Shown here: in pieces, positions 12,017-24,500 of the stretch
How the letters are laid out: every line of letters begins with the position of its first letter
Position numbering within the stretch: the first letter of the stretch is position 1
NCBI RefSeq assembly: GCF_963853765.1
Contig: NC_088855.1
Location: forward strand, 29,760,001-29,824,000
Direction of reading: 5' to 3'
DNA length: 64,000 nt
Source of the DNA: Magallana gigas
Taxonomy: Eukaryota
Notes under the pieces: model-generated
Databases searched by the model: none
Told to the model about the DNA's origin: nothing
Seen by the model: only the letters and a program-made list of their open reading frames with translations
Translations under genes and position numbers: made by a program

Positions 12017-13819
12017 GGCGCGATATGAAAATTTGTTTGCACACACCGTTGCAGTTATGAGACCACATCCTTCAAAAAATAATGATTCAATGCTTATATT
12101 TACGATTTTTAACATTTATTCTCTTCACAAAAACATGATTTATTTTCAAAAATCTCTGCCTTATTCGACGAGTAATGTGCAATTAACGGAAGAGCCATTG
12201 GAACAGCCGAATCATGCTGACAAAAATAGTGCACAGAGATTTGATAACTTATAAAAGAATTTTATTTTTCATTCTTTAATTTGATGATAGTAAGAAATTA
12301 ATCAATTGAATTCATTTTACTGTTAAAATATGTTTACATCAAGAAATATTTATCAGCGTAAGAATAATATCATGTCGTGATCTGGCTTGAAGTCGCGATG
12401 AGAGTCAGTCATGTTCTTCGAGAAATACTAAAGGAAGACTGTATTCATACGCACCAGATTTGGTGATTGGGTCTTCTGTGTTATGCGTAAAAATCACTCA
12501 AATAAATCAATGCAATTTGATAGGGGGAAAGAAAGAAAATATAAATATTTGACTATATCACTCGCATGAATCATTTGGTATAAACGTTCATTGACTGTAT
12601 CATTCGAATGAATCATTTGGTATATACGTTAATTGGGACTTTTGTATTCCGAAACAATTGATCTTGCTTCACCTTCCCGGCAAATTTTTAAATAAATCTC
12701 CTCCGGATGTTTCTTTAATCTGAGCAGGTCATTTAAAAAAATCTACTGTAATATTTCTATCAGGTATATTTCTGTCGTTTAACCTACAATTATACCTTTA
12801 CGTATTTGATAGCTCTGCCCTCGTAAGAATTTCCCATGGTGTGTACAGTCACGTGAGGATTGGCAGAAGCCAGCGAGTCGAGGTAGGCATTGATCTACAA
12901 AAGACAACAGACGGGCGAGTTTAGTTTTCGTCAGGTGTGTGTTTGCAAACAGTCCTAAAGTTGATATATAAATCAAAGAGCTGAAGGGATGGATACATAC
13001 GGAAGCGTGGTCGTTGAAAGCACCGATACTGAAAGTTGCTCGGCGATCGCGACCAGTGGAAATTTCGTCAATAAGTCTGTAAAAATAAAACCCGATTTGG
13101 TTTGTTTTGGTTTTGGTATGTTTGTTTTTTGTTTTGTTTTAGTTTTTTTTTTTTTTTTTTTTTTTTGGGGGGGGGGGGGGTTGTTGTTGTTGTTGTTGGT
13201 TTTTTTTTTGAGGAGGGGGGGGGGCGGGAGCAGAAGTGATAAATTTTAGTAGAAAGTCACAGCAAATATATATTTTAAAAGTATTATTTCTATGTGATAC
13301 ACATACATTTACTTATTTCACATATTTGAAAAAAGATAACACGATGACCCACTTTTGAACGTCCGTGATCCAGTGGTTGGCCTTGAGACCTAGAGCCTCG
13401 ATGTCATTGACAAAGTCTGTGATCTGTTCAGGGTCCACTCTGACGTCAAAAGTCTCATTGAGATAGCGAGGAGACTTCCAAATGTCAAGCTAATTACAGA
13501 ATGGTAAATTATTGAAAGTTTAATGACCTTCTTTAACATTACTAAACATTGGCCACATGGTCGAACTATATATTCACACGAGTACATATATCACAGGAAT
13601 CTTCTCTCAAGAACCGTATGGAAGGAGAGTGTATACAAAATGATTCCAGTGGACTAAATAAGTGACACGTTCATTAAGTCTTTTTATAGTTATACATGTA
13701 CATGTATATGTGTTATGAAACCTATAAGAAAGTCCAAGTGCATGTAGTTGACCTGGTTAATATAATACATGTGCGTTTCAAGAACTTCAAATACGAAGAA
13801 GAAAAAGGTATATAATTAT

Positions 13820-13889
<70 letters not shown>

Positions 13890-14383
13890 TATGAAATGCA
13901 CAGAGATAAAAATGAAATATCTCACGTGGTACTTTTTAGCCAAAGAGAGCAGCTCGTGCACATCTTCGATTGTTTTGGGCAAGATCTGGAGTACTTCGTG
14001 CCTGTAAATTAATAGGATAATGTAAACACGGCCATACATACATGTATGTACAGATAGGGCGTGAAGATTGTACCTATCTGTGATATGTTTTATAAAAAAA
14101 ATTATCGATGAATTTATCTGTATGTTTCATGGTTACAAAAACGGGAGAAAGTATCTATCAAAGTGAATCTTATAACGTTGAATTCCTTGTAAAGTTGACA
14201 TTTAAACCGTATTTATATTCATTGCTAAAAGTTTTTTTTTTAAAGGGTTCCTTATTCTTGTCAAACGTTTGAAATAAATGCTATACGTATGTGACAAGCA
14301 TACCCATCATATCTAATAGTTGGGTTCGGGACGGACCAAGCGGTCGTACTCAGCATTACCCCCAGGACGAGTTGTGTCCACAT
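9547..14383 (-). CDS. Carboxypeptidase B-like metallocarboxypeptidase zymogen (M14A), 11 coding exons, 417 aa
   Basis: Exons 14383-14304, 14001-13926, 13489-13353, 13076-13001, 12894-12796, 11832-11728, 11373-11263, 10992-10902, 10563-10364, 10171-10087 and 9740-9547 total 1254 nt in frame. Signal peptide [17 protein letters not shown] and a prodomain. Zinc ligands GIHAREW and NVHTYG; WRKNR, DLNRNF; YAAAGGADD (Asp255-equivalent); YSYTVELRD (Glu270). Confidence 0.95.
10599..10650. repeat. (TA)n microsatellite
   Basis: Perfect dinucleotide run. Confidence 0.98.
13824..13883. repeat. (TC)n microsatellite
   Basis: Perfect dinucleotide run. Confidence 0.98.
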
Positions 14384-14672
14384 CTTTGGTCAATCTGTAA
14401 TAATATAGGTATACATACACATGTATAGCATGTAATGGGGAGAGGAGATGAGGGTAGGGGTTGGGGTTGGTTGTGAACATCACATGCACGAACACATTAA
14501 AATTTCCGATTTTCATATTATCTTAATATGTCACCTTTTCTTAATCAATGTGGGAATGTACAAATAAATAACTGCACTTGCTTTGTTAATTAATTAAGCA
14601 TGAACGAATGGTCATTACGTTTGTAAAACTTGACCATATGATGGTCGGTAACGTTTAACTTGTTGAACATAC

Positions 14673-14780
14673 CTGTGACACGATGGAAGTAAATTGTTCG
14701 AGTTATCTCACCGAGGCATTGATAAGGGAAAGACGTTGTACATCTTAGTACTTAGCTCCAATGCTCCACTTTATCTCTTA
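14673..14780 (-). other. Probable non-coding 5' exon of the carboxypeptidase gene (upper bound approximate)
   Basis: Strong minus-strand donor CAG|GTATGT at 14673/14672. The first coding exon has an acceptor (ttacag) at 14394, 11 nt before the ATG, so an upstream UTR exon is likely. Confidence 0.5.
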
Positions 14781-15594
14781 CATATACAAAAAAAAAATTA
14801 AAACACTTGTGTACATTTAAAAAATGTTACGGTTATTTCATGTAGATCTATATATATCGCCCGCGCATGACCAACCTATAGTCATTTAAAGTAAACTGTA
14901 TTTATTCTACATGTCTATTGTGACTTTGATAAAGAAGAGAACGTATATTTCGAAAGTGTCTGAAAATCACTTTCGCGAGGCCGAGGTACAGGTTGTGATC
15001 AATTGAAATTTATTAACTTAGCTAATGTTAAATCCAAATCGTACGCTATGTTCACGCCTTTTAGTTAATCACCATCGACCAGAAATAATCTTTTATCTAA
15101 AACCTGACGGAAGTCACGAAAACTCACACAACACGATTTTGATAATTTAAATAAAAATTATATCACACAGAGGCTTTTTTTCTAAAGTTTCTAAAGACAC
15201 CTCTAATTATTTGAATTGTCGGCAAAGTGAAAAATAAAAAGGCAGGTCTCTATTTCTTTTTTTTCTTTTGTCACTTAAATTTTGCCTTATTTAGATCCCC
15301 CCCCCCCCCCCACACACACACACTCACACAAACTATGAAGAACGATGAATATATTTAACTGATAAATGCAATGTAATGTTTAAAAAATAAAGACATCATG
15401 AAAGTCTTTGAGTCCAGGTAAAAAAGCACTGTTTTGATATTGTAAGCTGAGCAGAATGCAAATGAATATATAGAGTAAACCACAGAAGAAACTTATGCAT
15501 ATTTTCTCAGATTTTGGACAGACTGGGGGGGGGGGGGGGGTGTTCCGGAATTTTTAATTCCTATCGTGTCCTTTTCACATTTAGAAAATCCAAA
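14780..15594. promoter_or_regulatory. Short divergent promoter region between the carboxypeptidase (-) and NAE1 (+)
   Basis: Head-to-head start codons are 1.2 kb apart. CpG-containing patch at ~14855-15120 with an ETS-like CGGAAGT at ~15108. Confidence 0.45.
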
Positions 15595-18500
15595 ATGTCC
15601 GCCAAAGGAAAGAGTGGTCTTGACAAAAATAATAAATACGATCGACAGCTAAGGTTATATGCAGTTTTGTAAAACATCTCAACAAATAATTAGAAAATTA
15701 AATAAAAAATGATACCTCTTCGACCGGTTCATGAATTGTTATCGTATGATTTTATATTTTGGTAGATTGTGGGGTGACCATGGACAAACATCGCTGGAAC
15801 AAGCTCGAGTGTGTCTAATAAATGCTACAGCAACTGGGACTGAAATTCTGAAAAATCTCATTCTGCCAGGTGAAATGTCTGCTAGTTATCAAACAAGAAA
15901 TTTATTTTTTGTTATTTATTAATACCACATCTAATATTTAATAGCTAGCTCTTAGTGGAATAAAATCGGATTTCCCCAACTTCAAAAAGAGATAACTGTT
16001 ACTTTTAAATAGGATGTAAAAGTAAAAAAAAAATCAATAGTGATATAGCACGACAATTTCCTGACAAAAAAACTTATGGAGATCAGCAAATCGAGTATAT
16101 GACCAATAGTATATTATTAAAACCAATTTGGTTGGATTTTTCCGATCGATTCGAGTTCAACTCTATCAGCTATGTCATGCGTAAACAATACCCGCCCATT
16201 AACCACAAACTTTATGCACGGACAGAACAACAAATTATCAGGGAATGAACAATTCTTCGGGCTACTTGTGACTGTCAAAATTGGGGCATTTTTTGAAAGT
16301 GTACACTTGTGATAAAACATGCATATGGTACATATAGCTGTAGCTATTGGGTTAGCAAATATAAATCTACAGTGCATACCATACTTACGAAAAAATTGCA
16401 ATTTACGGGGCACAAAAATAACGCTATTTTTGAAAAGATTAACATCATATCATACCACATTTTATGCAAATAATCAATTTAAATAATTTGTCATTTAGTT
16501 AACTGGTGATAGTAATTGTCGCTTTACTTGCCCCAAACTTTCTCTAACTATACAACATTTAGGCTTACTCGAAAAGGGGATCAAGAGCTGTCATTTTTAT
16601 ATATAACAAACCAGTGGAACCACGCCAGTGTATGGAGCTGGTGATCGGTGGTTCAGAGACAAGCAAAATAAATAAATATTTACACCAAAGATGATAGGGT
16701 AACAGAAGGAGAAACCAATCGGACACTTGCCTAATGAAGGCTCACATGTACATACCCCCTTGCACTCTCCACTCCCGCCTCGTTCTTTCATATCATCATT
16801 CAATTTGTTTATTAATTGACTGTCGACTTTTGATCGAAAGTTGTATAAATCTAGGAATTCATATATATCTCGTCGGCTGGTGAGTTAGTAGGTAATACAT
16901 GTACATTATACATTTACGGTATATAGACTCAATTTATCGTGACGCTATCGTAAAAAGCCAACCAATGCGATTTTTATAATATCACCAATAGTCTTGCTGC
17001 TCTTAACGTAACAGGACATCAAATTTTTTTCTCTAGAGACTGTGGTAAGGCTAAGTTTAGGCTGGTCAAAAAGATTTTGTCCTTTTTTCTTATCACATTT
17101 TATGATTTAGAAAAGTTGTAGCATAGAGGTTCAAACTCATGCTGACAGGATGAAGGTCTGCATATGTATTAAATATTGGACACTCCAATGAGTCGCTTTT
17201 GTCTTTTTATATTATTTAGGTCTTTACGATAAGTATTGTTGGAGCAAATTTCATATTCAAAATTTGTAGTTCTGTGGTACCAGATGGAGTTGCTCTTTCA
17301 CCCACCTGTAAAAATGTAATTCTATGTGATTGATAACCAGGAAGTCTGAAAACATAACAAGCATGTTTCATCATTGGAACAGCCATATCCCAATGCAAGA
17401 TCAGGGGAAAATAAGCCATTACTGATTATATACCCGCAGTTACAAAAACCATTAACTTCTTTACTGTTTTACAAAAAAAATCATGATTTAACTTGATATA
17501 AGCATGAGTTGGTTGGAGTTACCAACATAATCTGATGGTGTGAATTGCTGGAAAATGTAATTTAGTGTTTTGATCTGGGCCATTATTCATATAGAAAAGA
17601 ACAGAAGATTTCAGATATACATGTATTAGATTTTAAGTTTTGAGAAGAGAATGTTTGTACACATTAAAAAAATGCAAAAAAAAAAGAGAGAGTGAGAAAT
17701 AGAATGTGAGAAGACAACACTACTTTTGTTAATTGACACTTGTTGTTTTCTGTTGTAAATTATAGCAAAAATATTGTGCAAGATGAAAAATATGGAGTCA
17801 TATTTAAAATAGAAAAACTTCTTTCATTATTATAACTTGTATTCCAGAGAGCAATTATATTTCTCTAGAAATGAGATCTCTCTTATCTCATTTAATTTTA
17901 AATTTACCTGTTTTAAAGTGCTCTTCCGTATTGGAACTTGGTGCAGGTAGCCACAAGTGTCACTGACAATAAAGTAATTGAATGGCTCTTATTTCTCCTT
18001 AATCCCAATGCATGTGCACTGTATAAAATTATATGGGTATGTTATGTGTATATAAGTATATATATGGATATGTTATACAAAATAAGATATATGTGTCTTG
18101 CTTAATACATGTGTTATTGAGGACTGTATCAAAAGTAGGAGACAAGACCAGGAAACTAAGAGGAAGAAATGTTATGTAGGTGGGATGTAGATCTGTGGTG
18201 GAGACTTCCTGTATCATGTGTAGTACTGTGCTGAGACCAAGGGACAAAATGAACTGTTTAAACACTTGTTTACTCTCTGACAGTTAGTGACTGGTAATCA
18301 AATTAAAAAAGTACTGTTCATGTACTTTGGAATATCTTTCTACTCATCGACAATCAGTGACTAAAAGATGTTTTCATGTCTTCAGTAACTTAAACTACAT
18401 GGTTACAGAGAACACATAACTTACAGCTATGTCAGTTTTAACCCCCCCCCCCCCCCCCCGAAATCTTGAATTGTAAACTTTGATAATAAATGGACATGAG

Positions 18501-21500
18501 AAACCAGGTATATGAAGAATCAAAATTATTTGTCCCCGTGTACAATTTATACTCTATTCCACAATGAGGGGAAATGGTGCATTTAACGTAGTGTAAAGTA
18601 TTTACCGGTACATGAAAATGATATTTATTTTCTCTCTTTCTCTTTTGTTTCAGGAGTTGGTTCATTTACTATTGTGGATGGAAATAAAATCAAAGGAGAA
18701 GATGTGGGAAACAAGTGAGTACTCTTACATAACATCTAAATGAAATTGTGACATGTATAACTGTCTTTTATATTTTATTTTATTTTCAGTGATGTTTTGA
18801 ATCAGTTTTCTTTTACCGTAATACCAGATTTTTATTCACATTTCTGAAACATTCTTTTATACATGTACATGTATGTGATAATGAATAGAATATACATGTA
18901 CTAGTTTTTGCAAGTGAAAAATAATTCAGAATTAAGTATGTTAAAAAATAGTTGGGTAAGGTATTTGATATTAGTTCTGTATCTTTTTCAGTTTCTTTTT
19001 ATCACAAGAGAATATTGGAGAGGTAAAAGAGATTTTTTTCTATTGTTGCCAATCATTCCATTTGTAAAAATAAAAATCAGTTGATGAAATTCGTGCATAA
19101 ATTTCTTTGTATTTATTCAATTTTATCTATGATCTTTCAGTCTAGAGCAAAGACTGCCATGGAGCTCCTGAATGAACTGAATGATGACGTCAATGGATGC
19201 TATGAAGATGAGGTTTGTATTTTTAAAAAAGTTTGTTGTATTGTTTTGGTAACATTAATATTATGAATCAGTTTTGATGACTCTTTACATTTTACATGCA
19301 GAATCCAGAGACTCTGCTCGAAAACAACCCAGAATTCTTCAAGAAATTTACAATTGTTGTAGCAACTGGACTATCTGAAAGGTAGGAATTCTTTTATAAT
19401 ATATTTCATATAAAGAGTATACATGTATTGATGAACTAAGTGAAAAAAGAAGTGCAGGATACTGTGGTTTCATCAATATTCGTTGGATACCAATTTTCTT
19501 GGATTTTGTTGTTTTGTTGATCCACGAAATTAAGTGTTCATTGAAGTGCAATTTTTATTAACATTTTGTATTGATAGGGTTATTGGCCACGAAACTGTGA
19601 TTTTCACTTTATCCATGAAAATTGGTGCCCTTGAATATTAATGAAACCACAGTATTGTTTTACTTTGTAAAAAAAAAAATTCTTTTTTTATGAAATAATA
19701 GTACTTAAAGTTGAGTGAAAAGAATTTTAAAAAATCTTTGTTTTGTTTAGGGTACTTTTACAGTTAGCTGATGTTTTGTGGCAACAATCCATTCCCCTAC
19801 TGGTTTGTCGATCCTATGGCTTCATTGGGTACATGAGACTGGTTGTTAAAGAACACACAGGTATTGCTGGATTATTACACCTAATTCATGTTCAAGATGA
19901 CAAAGTCAAGTGATTTAGACTTCTTTGCATTTGTGTACATGCAGAGATTAATCAAGTCAAATATGGAATCATACATAGGGTTAATTTGGCATCAGGAAGT
20001 TTTGGCTATAAATTTAATTCTTTTAAAAACCAAAATTCATTGAATTGTGAGCGCTTTATTCTTTTGCAGATATTCATAATTTAGCTATTACCGCAAAAAA
20101 AATTGGCAGATTTTAAAATTGATAGTTTGTATTGGCAATTATGTTTTGATTCATTAAAAGATAGGCTGAAGAAAGCTTCAATCATAATTTGCAAAAGATA
20201 TCCTGTGATATTAAGAATGATTATTTTAGGACACAATAATGTGATTAAAGGTTATAACGTAATGCAATGATAAATTTCCAGACATGATATGATTTCTCTA
20301 ATCATGTTTCGAATCTTATGGTTACAGTGATAGAATCTCACCCTGACAACGCCCATGAAGACCTGCGGTTGGACCGACCGTTCCCCGCCCTTGTTAAGTA
20401 CTGTGATAGTCTCAATATGGATACAATGAACAAAAAGGTCAGAGTTAACAAGGGGTTGATCGGTTTGAAATAAGAAATACAGTATAAGCAACAAATGGAA
20501 TGAAATTGAGCCCAATAAATACAGTATAAGCAACAAAAGAAATGAAATTGAGCCCAACAAAGGACTTTGAATTAATTTTTGAAATTTCATTCTGTTTACT
20601 GTGGTTTCATCAATATTTCTTGAATATGGTGATCCATGAAGTTAAATGTTCATCAAAATACACATATATAGTGATAAGATCGCTGTTCACAAATTTATTT
20701 ATCCTTGAAATATGTGTTTTTTATTAATTACACGAAAATTGATGTTCCCAAATACTGATGAAACCCAAACACAAAAGAATTTAATTCTTTGATTAAGATT
20801 TTTTTTTTGGTTATATCAGAATTGTTTAATGTAAGAAAGAAATGAATATGTATTCCTGATCCTTTTACATTAGTTTCATAAGATAAAGTAATTTTTTTCT
20901 GTTCTTTAGGATCATTCACACACGCCATGGCTAGTTATAATCTATAAATATCTCCAACAGTGGAAAAATGAGGTAAGACACAGCAGCACAAGAACATATA
21001 TTTGATTTACATTTATTAAGTCTGATTCAAGGGAGGTTATTTTGTCAGCCAGTCTTTGATGTTATGTACAAAACTTGTCAATTTCAGCATAATGGTTCAC
21101 CACCACAAAATTATAAAGAGAAAAATCAATTAAAACAGATGATAAGAGAAGGTAATGTATTACTCAATGTGTTTATAGAAAAGTATGTTATAAATTATGC
21201 AATATTACAAGCAGTATTACTGTGGAATCATTAGATTTCATGGTGGCTCAATTTTTGTGGAATTCTCGGGCACCGCTCACCCACGAATTAACATCCTCAA
21301 CGAATAAATAAATTAGGACTGTAAAGTCTTACTTCCTTTTGTAAGTATCCAAGAATACACGAAATTACGTCCCAACAAACTGTAAAATTTAAGCAATCCA
21401 CGAAAATTGGCCCCCACCAATTTTAATGATTTCACAGTATCTAGATATTTTACTGTGTCCAATGCTCTCTAATGACTTCCTCTTAAACCATGTAGTCATT

Positions 21501-24500
21501 AGTAAATTGTTGATTAAGATAAGTATGTACATTTGGTACTTAGACTGCATCTAAATACTAATGTATCATGTAAATTTTTTAATCAAGGTATAAGAAAAAA
21601 TGAGGATGGTATTACAGAAGATGAAGAAAACTTTGACGAAGCAATCAAAAGCGTTAACATGGCATTAGTTCCAACCAGAGTAAGACAATATTGCATGTGC
21701 CATTCTTTATGACTAATAATTAATACATGTATTTGCAACTAGTTGTGTTAAATGTGAAGTCAGATTTTGTTTGGATTTTGTTTCAGATACCAAGTGAAGT
21801 AGAAAAACTGTTCAATGATCCATGTGCAATTAATCTTTCACCAGAGGTAAATTAAAGTACATGAAAATTCCCAACTTACGATGTACATGTATATTCACAC
21901 CACAATTCCTGTACAATTGATTATGCAATAGGTAAACACTCAGTATTTTTTGTTATTGATTTGACACCAGATGTTCCCGCATGAAATCCTGAGTATAAAG
22001 GACGCTTGTGTCAAATTTTGAATTTAAAAAAGATTGCCTGGTATTCAAGTTCGATTTAGATTGAGGCTATAAAATTGAAGATTATCATTTAGTCATAAGT
22101 GATTTGTTGGGTTTTTTTGTTTTGATTTTAGAGCAAGCCTTTCTGGATTTTACTGAGAGCTGTGAAAGAATTTGTTGAAAATGAAGGAAATGGTAATGGT
22201 TGATAATTGAAAAATCATTTTTGTGTTTTGATCCAAAAGAATTCATAGCTGGTTATTATAATTATCAGACATTGATATTATAAGGTAATAAGAAGAAAAC
22301 ACTGATCATCTTTATCATTAATAAAAGAGAAATTTTGTGATTATATTTTTAAGTCTTTGACTCTGTGGATGATCTTCAGCTGTTGTTTTATTTAAGGTGC
22401 TTTACCTTTACGAGGAAGTATACCAGACATGACCGCAGATTCAGGGAGATACATTCAGCTACAGAACGCTTACATCGAACAGGCCAACAAAGACGTCGCT
22501 GTCATAACAGACAAAGTCAATATGTTAATCAACAGTCTAGCAAAGGTAACTTTTTGATTGAGAACATAGTAGAAGTTTTGTATGACTTTCTTCTTTTCCT
22601 TTCTGGATCAGTAGATATGAACATGGGATGTTTAAGTTGTAGTTTCTACTTTGTTGAAGACTCAAAATTACAATGTGACACTTTGAATCTGCAGCAGTTC
22701 TTTCCTTTGCTCTAAACCTCTGCAAAGTCAAATTATCTGACATCTTTCGGATGGAGAGGATAAAGTTTTCTCAAAATACCCTGTTTTCCTCAGGAAAGTA
22801 TTCAGTTGGAAAACAAAGGTTTCTCCTATATACCGGTACAATAATACAAATGTAGCACTCGCCCACTTTATTGTTGTTGAATTCTTACTTTCAATAGAAT
22901 AATGTTTATAACTCTTTGTTAAGAAAGCCTCAATAATTTCCTAACATCACTAAATTTGGTTAAAGGGTATGGTAATGGTTTTTTATCAAATTTTTAACAT
23001 TTTAATTTTATTTGGAATAAATAAAAATACAAATGTTTTTTGGGACATAAGTTTTCAATGTAACAAAATTAAATGATGTCTGACGTCCATGTACGAGTAA
23101 GAGAAAATAGGAAACGAATCCCCCCAAACTACCACTATCTGATCACCGCTGTTTCTTTTTAGGAGGTTAAGCTGAGCGAGATTGGGCCCGAGTTGACCAA
23201 TGTACGCATTAACTTTTTGACTTGTTTCTTCATGTTTATAAGTTTCATTTGCTTTTGTCACTCACACCCAAACATATTCTCTGTGTTCTAGACAATTGCC
23301 TGCTTGTGTTGCAGGCAACAGAAACAGAATGTCAGAATTATTTGTTTTTGTGAACATTCTTTTTTGGTTCACATCTTTTAAAGGCTTAGTTAGAAGTAAA
23401 GGCGTATCTAATGATCTTTCTCGTTGAATTCATATCTTAATTTTACTACTGAATGAATGGTTGCATAAACATAGACAATATGTTTTGAATGCTCTACCCA
23501 GTTCGTTTGCACTTAGCAGCTGCCAAATGATATAGTGTTAAAATTATAGACTGTAGTAATGCCAAAAGGTCAAAGTGTTTAGTTTGATAAATGGGCATTT
23601 GTTTCAACCCAAAATCTGAAATAAGGAGAAATTATTATATCAAAGTACCTGTTTTAAATATTCATATTTACTTACAAATTAATTTTATTTGGTCCACTGA
23701 TTTTCTCTTTCTTACTGAAATGGTACTAAACAAATTGTGTTTGTCACTTTAAGCTTTATACTGGTTATAGGCATTGGCAGTTGGCATATTCCATCTATCT
23801 AATAACATTAGCCCCCTTCCCCTCCAATTTCTTTTCCTTTTTGTTAGGTTTTGGCATGCATTGCTTTGTGAAAGTCATCTCTGATTGACAGGGCATTGTA
23901 ACGTATATATTATATCACTTTTTGCTGAATAGAATACCATGACTGTTATGAAAGAAACCTTCTGATTGGTTCATGACTCAAAATGAAAAAGGTCATTATC
24001 AAAGATGACCACCAAGTGATGCATTTCTAATCTTAATGTCATAAAAAGAAGGGGGAGGGGATAATCAGATTTTGATATGTACTCAGCAGTTTCCTTTGAA
24101 AGTGATTCCCTAGCTAGCATGTTATATGTGCATGATGAATTCTGGGGATAAGTGTATAGATTCATACTTTCTTTATAAGATTAGAAATGTGCGAATACAT
24201 GTACTGGTATATATTTAAGCACAAGATGCTTGCATGCATATTCTAAAACCAACCAAAAAAAAATGTCAAATGGGCTTTTTAGAAATAGTTTAACGAAACA
24301 TACATGTGTAAGAAGCAAGTTAAAATTCAAAGAAAGAAAACAAAAATGTTGTATCTGTGCGACATTGCATGGCATGAATTTCCTTTGGCAGATCATTTGT
24401 TTTGTGAATTAATGTTACAAATTCTGTTATTTGCTCTCTTAATAGTTTCATAGACTGATATATATGCTGTTTGTGGCTACATATATGTATACACCGGTAA

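Noticed and set aside
10339-14039. ORF-track entries with (IY)n, (ER)n and poly-F/G tracts
   Set aside because: Translations of microsatellites and homopolymers, or antisense shadows of real exons.
22794-22818. 25-nt exon-like segment (ESIQLENK) as a mutually exclusive alternative to NAE1 exon 15
   Set aside because: Weak donor (GTTTCT), and it would remove the conserved Cys before KNSAF.
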